DNA from: Candidatus Bathyarchaeia archaeon
GTDB taxonomy: Archaea > Thermoproteota > Bathyarchaeia > Bathyarchaeales > Bathycorpusculaceae
Assembly (NCBI GenBank): GCA_050012755.1
Contig: JBEKGO010000029.1
Location: forward strand, 1 to 34,846
DNA: 34,846 bases
Reading direction: 5' to 3'
In this document: positions 25,561 through 34,846 of the stretch, piece after piece
Position numbering within the stretch: the stretch's first letter is position 1
Layout of the letters: each line of letters begins with the position of its first letter
Made by a program: the position numbers and the translations under genes
Notes under the pieces: generated by a model
Database searches by the model: none
What the model saw: only the letters and a program-made list of their open reading frames with translations
What the model was told of the DNA's origin: nothing

Positions 25561-26625
25561 TTATTGGACGCCTTTGAATAGCCAGCTCATGTCTGGCCCT
25601 TTCCGTTTTTCTGGAACCCGCTCGCACAGAGCATGTGCGATGAGTGGCAGCGCGATTGTTGCATCACAGTAGCACACGGCGCGTGTTCCTTCTTTGCTGT
25701 TTATTTTGCCCCAGCTAATTGCCTCTTCCAGTGTGCAGCCGCTTAAACCGCCCCATTGTGGTGAATCAGTGGTTATTTGTATGGCATATTTGTGAGGGTA
25801 ATAGTATTCTTGCAGTCCTTTGCGTAGGCCACCTTTTCTTCCTTTTACACCTTGGTCGCAAGTTAGTGGTGACACGGAGATTGCGATGAGTTGTGTTAGA
25901 TCTTTAGGTACTCCGCCGCCGATGTAGACTACTCCGACTTCTTTGGTTCTTGTCCCTATGCTGACAAACTGGTCAAATTCCTTGACGCTGTCAATGGTAA
26001 CGTTGTGGCCTTGGTTTTTAGCCATCAAGAAAGTTTCGCCGTAGGCGCTGTCAACCATAGCTGGGCTGAAAATTGGGACACCGTTGGCTGCTGCAATTGC
26101 AGAGATGGCGGGGATCTTTTTCTTTCCCAAGTACTTGCCAAGTAAATAGAGAAATTCGGCTGAAGTATAGTTATAATCGTTTTTACAGGTCATAACAAAG
26201 TCGGTTACAAGCGTTTCCATTTCACGGTAATCGGTTTCTTTACCATAAACATCGTAATATCGGTTGACGTCGTCGTGGAGTAGTTGTTCATCGTTTACCA
26301 TGTGGCTTCCTTGATAGTAACCTAAGCCCATAGCGTCCACGATATCTTCTGAAACGTTTGCGCCTGTGGAAACCAGCACGTCGATGAAACGATTTTCCAT
26401 AAGCCAATTAATAATTGTCCATTGCCCCGCTGTGCTCATGGAGCCCGCAAAGCCCATGGCAATTGTGAGGTCTTTTTCTTTAAGCATGTTTTCCCAAACG
26501 TCAACGGCTTCGCCAAGTTTGCGGCCTTGGTAAGCGGTTTTGCTCATTTCTGATAAAAGTTGTGAAATGCTTTTTTGTTTAACTTTGATTGGTTCGAGTT
26601 TCTTTTTGAAATATGGATCGCTCAT
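25561..26625 (-). CDS. Second deoxyhypusine-synthase-like protein (possible homospermidine-pathway type)
   Basis: TAYQGRKL, VSTGAN, GGGVPKD, QITTDSPQWGGLSGCTLEEAISWGK, CDATIALPL. ATG at 26625 follows GAGGTG. Confidence 0.88.
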   Translation of the reverse strand: MSDPYFKKKLEPIKVKQKSISQLLSEMSKTAYQGRKLGEAVDVWENMLKEKDLTIAMGFAGSMSTAGQWTIINWLMENRFIDVLVSTGANVSEDIVDAMGLGYYQGSHMVNDEQLLHDDVNRYYDVYGKETDYREMETLVTDFVMTCKNDYNYTSAEFLYLLGKYLGKKKIPAISAIAAANGVPIFSPAMVDSAYGETFLMAKNQGHNVTIDSVKEFDQFVSIGTRTKEVGVVYIGGGVPKDLTQLIAISVSPLTCDQGVKGRKGGLRKGLQEYYYPHKYAIQITTDSPQWGGLSGCTLEEAISWGKINSKEGTRAVCYCDATIALPLIAHALCERVPEKRKGPDMSWLFKGVQ

Positions 26626-26855
26626 TAGTATGCACCTCGTTTTAGATTGATTGGCAGATATATGAAATTTGCCATTAAGAAAAACAGCAAACATAAACCT
26701 CAATAATCAAAAAATGGCTTAATTAGGAAGGTATCTGCACCACAAGCAAAACCACTGCTAATTTCAGTGTATATTCAAAGTGTATGTGCAAACTGTATAT
26801 GCTCTGCGTTTATAGGAGAGACAGTAAGAGAACGATATCAAACGAGGGTTGATTC

Positions 26856-28805
26856 TTACATTTTTTCTGGAGCCACAACTCCAATCAGGGTTAGGACGTT
26901 ATGCATGGCGATTTGGATAGCTTGGGTTAATGCAATTCGTGCATCGCTAAGCTCCTGCGAATCAGCTTTTATAACGGGCAACGCATTGTAGAATGTGTTG
27001 AATTTATCCGCTAACGCGTTTGCGTAATCAGCAATCAAATTTGGCTTAAAATACTCTGTGGCTTCGATGAATGTGTCGGGGAAGCTTGCAAGGTTTAAGA
27101 TGAGTTCGCGTTCAAGCTTTTCTGTGAGCAGTTCGTAGGCTGGTTTTTCTGGTTCTCTTGCTGCCTTTCGCAAAATGCTGCACGCCCTTGCATGAGTATA
27201 TTGCACGTATGGCGCGCTATTGGTTTCGAAGTTGAGAACCCGTTCCCAAGTGAATATTACTGGTTTTGAAGTATCAACATCAACAAGGGCATAACGCACA
27301 GCGCCTAATCCGACGAAGTTGGCTATTTTGCGTTTTTCTTCTTCTGAGAGTTGTGGTGAACGCTTCGAAACTTCTTCGTAGGCTCGTTGGATGGCTTCGT
27401 CGAGGACTTGGTCGAAAGTGATGTAGTGCCCTCTGCGGCTGCTCATCTTGTACCCTGGCAAAGTAACCAAGTTATATGCGAAGTGAACCAAATTGTCAGC
27501 GTATTCGTTGAAGCCTAAAGCATACAGCGCAATTTTTAGTTGCAACTGTGCAAGAGATTGCTCTATGCCAATAACATTGACAACTTTTTGTGCATGTTTA
27601 AATTTCCACAACGTGTACGCCAAATCTCGAGTTGTGTACAAGGTGGTGCCGTCTGCCCGACCAAGCGTCAATGGTGGAACCTCATTATTCTCGCTCAAAC
27701 CCAACTTGGGCTTCAACTTTAAGACTTCAACAACTTTTTGGGCGTCAAATTCGACCACGCCTTTTTCACTGTAAACAAATGGTGAAGTCTTAAGCTTCTG
27801 CAAAACCTCATTAACTTGTCCGCTCCAAACGAAGTCGCTTTCCCAATCCCACGAATCATAAGTAACTTCAACCCGCTTCATGGTTTCCCTAAAACCCTCA
27901 AGACATAAGTCGCTGACTTCTCGAATGAGTTGTTTTGCTTTTGGTTCTCCATCTTCGTAGGCGCGGTTTAGGTGGTTTATTTCTTCCTCGGGGTTTTCAT
28001 CTTCTCCAATTTTAATCATCAACAAATCAAAAAGCACAGGGTATTTTTCTTTAAGTTCAGCGGCTATTGACATCCACTCGTCAATTTCCTTGTTTGCCTT
28101 AGCCAAATCATCTGCTGACTGGACTGCAATAGCAAGTTCACGAACTTTCTTTAGCCGATTGATTTCAACAAGGCAACTTGTAACTGTGTAGATTTTGCCG
28201 ACATAAAGATCTGGTTTTTCAGTTGGCGTTGGCCGTCCAAGCTTTTCGTAACCGTACGCTACTACAGATGATTGTCTTCCAACATCATCAATATAGTAAT
28301 GAGTTGAAACCGTATGTCCCCTGCATTCAAGAATGCGTGCCAAAGCATCGCCTAACATGGGATTTCGGGCTTGACCAATGTGGATTGGATGAAGAGGATT
28401 AACGCTTGTGTGCTCCACAATAAATTTGGTCGGCTTAGAAGCTTTAACGAAGCCATAATCACACTTTAATTGCTGAACCGACTGGAGGGTTAAAGCTGAA
28501 AATTTTGCGAAATTCACGTGAAAATTTATGTACCCTGTGCCTGCACATGAAACTTTCTCAATCAGTTTAAAGGTGGATTTGTCGATTGCGTCAACAATGA
28601 GCTGTGCAATGGTTAGTGGTTTTTGGTTCAGTTTTTTTGCAAGTTCAAAGCAAAGCGACGAAGCTAATTGACCATACTCTATGTTTGGTGTTTTACTCAG
28701 CGTTATAGTCGGCGTCTTTATTTCTGGCAAAGTTTTCTTCAACGCGTTTGCTAATGCATTTTGGCATTCTTGGCGGAATTGATCGAATGGATTTTCTGAA
28801 ATCAT
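26856..28805 (-). CDS. argS: Arginine--tRNA ligase
   Basis: EHTSVNPLHPIHIGQARN, DGTTLYTTRD, KMSSRRG, PYVQYTHARACSIL, C-terminal PEKM. Confidence 0.97.
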   Translation of the reverse strand: MISENPFDQFRQECQNALANALKKTLPEIKTPTITLSKTPNIEYGQLASSLCFELAKKLNQKPLTIAQLIVDAIDKSTFKLIEKVSCAGTGYINFHVNFAKFSALTLQSVQQLKCDYGFVKASKPTKFIVEHTSVNPLHPIHIGQARNPMLGDALARILECRGHTVSTHYYIDDVGRQSSVVAYGYEKLGRPTPTEKPDLYVGKIYTVTSCLVEINRLKKVRELAIAVQSADDLAKANKEIDEWMSIAAELKEKYPVLFDLLMIKIGEDENPEEEINHLNRAYEDGEPKAKQLIREVSDLCLEGFRETMKRVEVTYDSWDWESDFVWSGQVNEVLQKLKTSPFVYSEKGVVEFDAQKVVEVLKLKPKLGLSENNEVPPLTLGRADGTTLYTTRDLAYTLWKFKHAQKVVNVIGIEQSLAQLQLKIALYALGFNEYADNLVHFAYNLVTLPGYKMSSRRGHYITFDQVLDEAIQRAYEEVSKRSPQLSEEEKRKIANFVGLGAVRYALVDVDTSKPVIFTWERVLNFETNSAPYVQYTHARACSILRKAAREPEKPAYELLTEKLERELILNLASFPDTFIEATEYFKPNLIADYANALADKFNTFYNALPVIKADSQELSDARIALTQAIQIAMHNVLTLIGVVAPEKM

Positions 28806-28890
28806 TTAGTTTTTCCCTGTTCCTTTGTTGACGCCAAGTTTGTTTGGGTTATGTTTTTTAAATGTGTAAGCATATTTATCTGTCTAATGG

Positions 28891-29751
28891 ATGCAGTTTG
28901 CGATGAAAACAAAGATAGTCTATTCAGAAAAGTGTTTAGGCTATGGCACTTGGCACATTGAAGGACCTCAAAGAGTTAAAACCGCACACGAGATTTTGAA
29001 GGCAAAAGGCTACGAATTTCTGCTGCCGACACCTGCATGCGACGATGACTTGCTAACTGTTCACGATCCAGAATACATTTGGAAAGTCAAAAAAGGCTTA
29101 GTGGAAGATTCAGATACTCCCGCATACGATAACATCTACGAGTACGCAAGACTTTCAGCAGGTGGGGCACTCCTGGCAAGCAAAATCAATGGGTTCTCGC
29201 TTATGCGTCCGCCCGGACACCACGTAGGCAGAAACGGCGCTGCATTGGGCGTTTATACACGTGGATTCTGCTACTTCAACAACATAGCAATAGCGGTTAA
29301 GCAATTGTGCAAAAAAACTTTAATTTTAGATGTTGATGGTCACCATGGAAATGGAACTCAAGAGGTGTTTCAAGGCGACGAAAAAGTGATTTATCTTTCT
29401 CTCCACCAGTCGCCAAATTACCCTGGAACTGGCGCTTTCACGGAGAAAAACTGCATAAATTTTGCTTTGCCCCCAAATTGCGGTGGACAACGGTATTTAG
29501 AGACACTTGATAAGGCGCTTGGTATGGTTGATTTAGGCAAGATTGAGGCTCTTGCGGTTTCTTGTGGTTTTGATACTAATCTCGGTGATTTAGCGTCTTT
29601 AGGCTTGATTGAGAATGATTACCATGAGATTGGCAGGAGAGTTGCATTCTTAAAAAAACCCGCCTTTTTTGTTTTGGAAGGAGGCTACATTGGTGAAAAG
29701 GTTGGGTTGGATATTGACGCCTTGCTAAAAGGCTATGAAGAAAACCTGTAA
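28891..29751 (+). CDS. Zn-dependent HDAC/AcuC/acetylpolyamine amidohydrolase family deacetylase
   Basis: RPPGHH, GFCYFNN, LDVDGHHGNGTQ, YPGTG, GFD, LEGGY. Confidence 0.93.
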   Translation: MQFAMKTKIVYSEKCLGYGTWHIEGPQRVKTAHEILKAKGYEFLLPTPACDDDLLTVHDPEYIWKVKKGLVEDSDTPAYDNIYEYARLSAGGALLASKINGFSLMRPPGHHVGRNGAALGVYTRGFCYFNNIAIAVKQLCKKTLILDVDGHHGNGTQEVFQGDEKVIYLSLHQSPNYPGTGAFTEKNCINFALPPNCGGQRYLETLDKALGMVDLGKIEALAVSCGFDTNLGDLASLGLIENDYHEIGRRVAFLKKPAFFVLEGGYIGEKVGLDIDALLKGYEENL

Positions 29752-29766
29752 ATAAAGAAGTTATTT

Positions 29767-30372
29767 TTATTTTTGCGTCTGTGCCTTCTTGTTTAAGGCT
29801 TCAAGCTTCTCTGAAACTTTTTCTGACCTTTTCTCGGCAGCTGCAAGCAGCGGCTTCCAATCCTTGTTCTTGACAATAATTGTTAACTGCTCCGTTTGTG
29901 CCGGCAACTTGTCTAGTGCGTCGCTAAATCGTTTTTCTGCTGCTTCGTCAGAATCAACAAGTTCTATGGCTTCTTCAGGGCAGAACTCTATACATTGAGG
30001 CTTGTCGCCGCAGAGGTCGCATACCGTTGCAAAGCCAGTGTCACTTTGAATAGTTATGCCACCGTATTCGCATGCTTGAACGCACCAATCGCAACCTTTA
30101 CATTTTTTCTCGTCAATCATCAGTAAGCCAGTGCTTTCCGCTTGTGTGATTGCTTTTTCGGGGCATGCTTTAACACATTTGGCGTCTTTACATGCGCGGC
30201 ATGATAATGCAAAGTTGAACATAGGAGTTACGCGGACAACTCGAATTCTCGAGCGCAATGGACTTCGTTCGTTTTTTTCTTGGCTGCACGCTAATTCGCA
30301 AATTCCGCAGCCAGTGCATTTGCTTGGGTCAACAGAGACGAATTTTCTTTGTTGGTTTTTAGCGGATTGCAT
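29767..30372 (-). CDS. 4x[4Fe-4S] electron-transfer subunit (HycB/CooF/DmsB-like) with helical C-terminal tail
   Basis: CTGCGICELAC, CRACKDAKCVKACP, CKGCDWCVQAC, CDLC..PQCIEFCP. Confidence 0.9.
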   Translation of the reverse strand: MQSAKNQQRKFVSVDPSKCTGCGICELACSQEKNERSPLRSRIRVVRVTPMFNFALSCRACKDAKCVKACPEKAITQAESTGLLMIDEKKCKGCDWCVQACEYGGITIQSDTGFATVCDLCGDKPQCIEFCPEEAIELVDSDEAAEKRFSDALDKLPAQTEQLTIIVKNKDWKPLLAAAEKRSEKVSEKLEALNKKAQTQK

Positions 30373-30527
30373 TTTGGGTAACCAAACCTGTTTTGGCGTT
30401 AAATACTTCTGTACATCAATGGCTTTTAACCGTTACTTATGAAAAACATTTTTTTCATGGAGAAAAGATTCTCAAAATTTAGTTATTTGAAGTGTTAACT
30501 GTTGATAGGTTCTGTCGTTCAATTCGT

Positions 30528-30989
30528 CTAATCGCGTTTTTTCAGTTCTTCGGCCATCGCCTTTGCTAGAAGACTCCATGCAAACTCATCCTCTTTGCAT
30601 AATCGGTCGGCAAGCAACTTTGCATCTTTTTTTTCGTCATATTCTAAGTGGGCGGCGGTAAAGTTCAAAATGGAAGCATCTTTGCCTTGAGGAGTAATCT
30701 TGTAAAGAAATTGGGAATATTTGTTTTGACCTGTTAGATGCGTAGAAGTCCATGAAAGTTCCTTGAGATAGATTTGTACGAGTTTTTGCTTCTCTACAGT
30801 TTCCTCTGACAGATGGAAAGTGTCTTTTAGGATCAATGTGTCGGGGGTGATTTGGATTATTTGTCGCTCAGCATTCTCATCACCCATTAACATATGATCA
30901 TTTTGGTCAAAGTCAATGCACCAGTCGAACGCCTTCCGGGCAGATACAGCAAAACGCTGGCTAAAATGATACCTAACCTCCAAAGCCAT
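30528..30989 (-). CDS. Hypothetical protein (possibly SRPBCC/START-like fold)
   Basis: 153-aa ORF with normal composition. The fold guess comes only from the pattern of an N-terminal strand, AFDW, and a C-terminal helix. Confidence 0.7.
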   Translation of the reverse strand: MALEVRYHFSQRFAVSARKAFDWCIDFDQNDHMLMGDENAERQIIQITPDTLILKDTFHLSEETVEKQKLVQIYLKELSWTSTHLTGQNKYSQFLYKITPQGKDASILNFTAAHLEYDEKKDAKLLADRLCKEDEFAWSLLAKAMAEELKKRD

Positions 30990-31060
30990 TTATGTCGCCA
31001 GTTGCAGAGTGCAAAGGAACCTATATTACATTTTTGCTGCCGTAAAACGTTAACTTAGGT

Positions 31061-31077
31061 TGGTGCGGAGGGTGGGA
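31061..31077 (-). other. tRNA 3'-end fragment (tRNA-Leu-like), putative att site
   Basis: Minus strand TCCCACCCTCCGCACCA equals a T-stem 3' strand + acceptor 3' strand + ACCA. No T-loop or 5' half is adjacent. Confidence 0.65.
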
Positions 31078-32596
31078 CATCCACCTTATTTTACCGGTAA
31101 AATTACTCGATGTGCTTGGCGAGAGTTCAAAGCTCTCCTGGGTTACCATCCTATAGAGTGTAATTTATATTTTGTAAAATGGCGAACCGGAGGCTCGTCG
31201 TTTCCCCTTCTTTCTTTTTCTTGATGCTATAGGAATTGTTAGAGGTTTCTTGAATGGATAAAAATCATGAATTAATGAAAATTAGGTTTTGGCATAGTTA
31301 CCTGTGATGGTGCCTGAGTCTGTAACTGTTATGGAGGTTACCCCGTTTTTGTTGGTGGTTGTACCTACGGATGATGTGCCTGTTGTTGAGGACAGCGTGT
31401 ACTTGTGTGCGGTGCCCGTTAGGGGTGAGAGGTACTGGAAGGTGTGGGTTGAGCTTGCGGTCCACCAGAACGTCGCTGGAAGATTGGATACGGCGTAGTT
31501 GACGCCATCGATTTGCGTAACTGCTCCTGCGAAGTCAGAGCCAATACCAGACTGAGTGAACGCCACTTTGAACTGGTGATAATACAGCGGGCTGATCGTG
31601 ACAGCGCCGCTTACCGTTCCGCTTGTTCCACTTGTAGCGATCCACTGCGTCGCTCCTGAAGATGCTACGATCGGGCTGTTCACGCTCCAAGCCGTGCCCG
31701 CGTCCAACCAAACAGTCTGAGGCGTAGTCTTCAAAGTAGTCGAAGAGGAGGCGCCCAACGAAGTCCCTGAAAGCACCACATTAACGGAGGGATTGGAACC
31801 GTCAGAAGTCGAATAGCTTGCTGTAACCTTGTATTGTGTCTTATAGTTTGCAGTTAGTGTTTGCGGCGCGTTCATCGTTATCGAGGAATGTGAATTTGCT
31901 TTGGAACCGTCACTCCACGATGTGAAAACGTATCTTACGCCTGACCCGTCCGAGACTGTTGAGTCTACGCCGATCGACCCTGTGGAACTGCCTGCATTGA
32001 TCCATGTGGTGTACGGGGAGGCATCGGATGCGTGGCCTTCGTTGTCGCCTCCGAGATTAACGTTGGTTGAATAGGGTGAAGGCACTCCGTTGGTTTTGAT
32101 CGTTAACTGGAACTGATGACCCCAGAATGCAAATTCCATTATTGGACCATTCATAGTTACTGCGTTAGATGCTGGGTTACTCGTACCTGTGTAACTACCG
32201 CTGCCAAATCCTATCCAGAAGTACCATAGATATCGTTCGCCTGCTACAGTGGTCGGTGCAGTCGCTGATATCGTTACCTTGGAACCCGCGTTGAACCAGC
32301 CACCTAAACTGGGAACAGTAGTACCATAATTAGTGTACATGGTCAACTGGAACTGATGATAATACATGAAAGCCAAAGTCGATGCTGAATTAACAGTGCC
32401 AGAAACCGCCTGACTCGTCAGCCAACGTTCAGAACCAGTGGAACCAGTCAAGGGATTCGGCGACACACTCCATGTTGCACCAGAGTCAAACCAGTAACCT
32501 GTAGCGGTACCAGTCAAAGTTACAGGCGCCGAAGAACCGAACCTGTTAGCAGTGAACGTTGGAGCCTTAGGAGAACCACCACCACTAACCGAGTAA

Positions 32597-32672
32597 GAAA
32601 CCGTCTCGAGATACTGATGATAGTACCCAGGATTGAAACCGTCTCGAGATACTGATGATAGTACCCAGGATT
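32597..32672. repeat. Perfect 38-bp tandem duplication
   Basis: GAAACCGTCTCGAGATACTGATGATAGTACCCAGGATT at 32597-32634 and 32635-32672. Confidence 0.97.
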
Positions 32673-34724
32673 CTCAGTCGCAGCGGCAGTAACCGAAGAG
32701 ACAACGGTGTAAGTGCCACTATCACTCGACGTAACCATCCACCGCTCACCACCAGAAGCAATCGGACTAGCATACGTAACCCCGGAGCCAGCATCAGCCC
32801 ACACCTGACTCGAAGTAGCAGAAGCCAAAACAGGAGTCGCAGCAGACCCAACGCCAAAACCAGTGAAGGAAACAATGTTAGTCACCGTAGGCGTACCCGC
32901 CGGACTATTAACAACATGATACTGCAAAATCACCTGGAACTGATGATAATAACTCGGGTTCAAAGTCCCAAAAGCAGTCACCGATAAAGAAGCAACATAT
33001 GGAGTTGCACCACCTGAAACCATCCACCTCTCACCGCTAACGCCAGCGATGGGGTTAGTGTAGGTAACGCTTGAACCAGCATTCACCCAATCAGTTGGAC
33101 CAGCAGATAGCTTCGCAGAATCCGTCGTTGAACCTCCAAAAACAGTGAAGGTCGCAGTCGGGTTAGTTGGAGTGCCCGCCGGACTGTTAGCGATAGAGTA
33201 CTGGAAAGTCACACTAAACTGGTGATAGTAAATCGGGTTCAAAGTCGCATAAGAGGTTGCTGCAAACGTGGGCACAGAAAAAGCTTGCCACCTCTCGGTC
33301 GACGTCGACACGCCTAAAGGATTGGCGTAGGTAATGGCAGTTGATGAGGAACTGTAGTCAACCCAGTCGGTGGACGAAGTGGACGGGTAGAGTGCGGCTG
33401 TGTCGGAACTCTTGGGTGATCCGATCTGATTGAAGGTTACCATTGGACCTGTGGAGGGGGTACCGGCTGGAGTATTGGTAATCGAATATTGGAAGGTTTC
33501 GAGAAGTTGGTAGTATACAGTGTTTGATTCTGTGTCTGTGCCACCTGGAGATCCGGTGGTGTAGCTCCATGTTGTGGAGGACGAGCCTGCGCTATTGAAG
33601 CGGTACCGCGAGTCTGTCAAATCACTGGACACTGTGAAGGTTATTGTTGACAATGGATCCGCCGTAAAAGTGTGTGGTAAACCATCCATAGGTATTGATG
33701 TGACTGAAACGCCTGGTCCTGAAACTGTAACTGATTGTGATGAGAGGTAAGAATTAGCTGGAGTTATTGTAACTATTTCAACAGTGATTTGATCCACCGT
33801 GACGGAAGGCGTGTTAGACTGCACAGTATACGGAGTAGAGGCGCTGTCAGTCACATTACAATAAATCGCAGGTGAACCCGCTGCAGCAGGCGTAAACGTG
33901 AAGGTTGAACCAGTACCCGCTACGCCAAAAACAGCCACACCGTCCAGGTACCACTGATAACTCAGTGTTCCCGTACCGCCAGAAGCCGCACAAGTAAACA
34001 GCTGAGGCTGACCAACATACATAGTGAGCGGACCCACAGGCGTAACACTCGCAGCCGGCGCAGGGTTTATCGTAACCGACACAGCAGAAGAATTCACCGC
34101 TGCACCCGCAGAATCAGTCACCTGAACCAAATATGACATAGTCCCATAAAGCCCAAAGCCACTCCCGTAATGGTCCTCAGTCGCACCGGTAAGCAATAAC
34201 CAAGAACCAGAACCAAGCCGCGCATACCACTGATACGAGTACGGTGCAGTGCCAGTCGTGACAGGCGTAATAGTAAGCGCTACACTTTGACCTTGATCAA
34301 GCACAGGCGGAGTAGGCGTCACAGTCGGAGCAACCAACACAGAATTCACCAAGACAGAAACCACGTTAGAAGTCACAGAAGCCGTCGTAGCGTCAGTCAC
34401 TTGAAGCTCAAACTTCCAAGATCCCAAACTAAGAGCACCCGTACTAGGACTCGACGCAGACGAGGTTGCAGAGCCAAGAGTAGAGTAACTTGAAGCGCCA
34501 GGAGCCTCACTCATCCACTGATACGAAAACGGACCCGTACCGCCAGAAACATCAGTCACCACAGAAAGCACAGCCGACTGACCAACATCCACCGTGACTG
34601 GAGACACCTTAACAGTTGGAGCAACAAGCGGGCTCGCTATCGTTGTAACTGTGCCCTCTATCACGTTTACTGTGGGGGTTGCGATTGAAGACGGAGGACC
34701 ATTAGTTGAACCCGTAATAGTACT

Positions 34725-34846
34725 TACGACTGGAGACACAACCGAAGAAGGATAATTACTTATGCCAACTATAGTACCTACGACTGGAGACACAACCGAA
34801 GAAGGATAATTACTTATGCCAACTATAGTACCTACGACTGGAGACA
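34725..34846. repeat. 54-bp coding tandem repeat (about 2.3 exact copies, runs off the window)
   Basis: CGACTGGAGACA recurs at 34727, 34781 and 34835. The unit encodes VSPVVGTIVGISNYPSSV on the minus strand. Confidence 0.95.

Larger units (their letters stand above)
31282..34846 (-). pseudogene. Large Ser/Thr-rich repetitive surface/secreted protein, 5'-truncated by the window and frameshifted by a 38-bp duplication
   Basis: ORFs 32520..34793 and 31282..32517 join in frame (..YYHQYLETVS-YSVSGGGSPKAPTFTANRFGSSAPVTLTGTATGYW..) if one 38-bp copy is removed. Contains PKD/Ig-like SYQW repeats and ERW..YYHQF repeats. The frame is open to the window end. Confidence 0.85.

Noticed and set aside
2717-30442. 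Numerous 60-214-aa ORFs overlapping or antisense to recognised genes (for example 12707..13351, 4039..4482, 25331..25672)
   Set aside because: Shadow frames of well-supported genes with no motifs of their own.
31061-31148. A complete tRNA gene
   Set aside because: Only 3' portions are present; no matching 5' acceptor strand, D-arm or anticodon arm could be folded.
31180-31194. Third possible tRNA 3' end (minus strand CCTCCGGTTCGCCA)
   Set aside because: Too short and lacks a recognisable T-arm; it cannot be separated from chance.
34725-34846. Terminal repeat as a CRISPR array
   Set aside because: Contiguous identical 54-bp units without unique spacers, in frame with a coding sequence.

Overview
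Archaeal DNA; gene content and organisation fit Bathyarchaeia (inference, not a database result). The core (about 2.2-31 kb) is a Wood-Ljungdahl/F420 region. It holds a complete ACDS/CODH cluster (cdhABCDE), two CooC/AcsF-type Ni chaperones, a three-gene HydC/HydB/HydA-like (NuoEFG-like) complex whose third subunit ends in an F420-binding FrhB/FpoF domain, cofC, mer, an ADP-forming acyl-CoA ligase-GNAT fusion and cofE. These are followed by a GCS2 + RLAN + ATP-grasp ligase set, two convergent deoxyhypusine-synthase paralogues, argS, an HDAC-family deacetylase and a polyferredoxin-like subunit. The left end (1-2300) is an array of small cargo modules (an archaeal ATPase; a DUF433/DUF5615-type toxin-antitoxin pair). 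Each module is delimited by a ~100-bp, synonymously diverged copy of the cdhE 3' end, which suggests repeated integration into a central metabolic gene. The right end (31060-34846) starts at a tRNA 3'-end remnant and holds one large repetitive surface-protein gene that is split by a 38-bp tandem duplication and runs off the window in a 54-bp tandem repeat.
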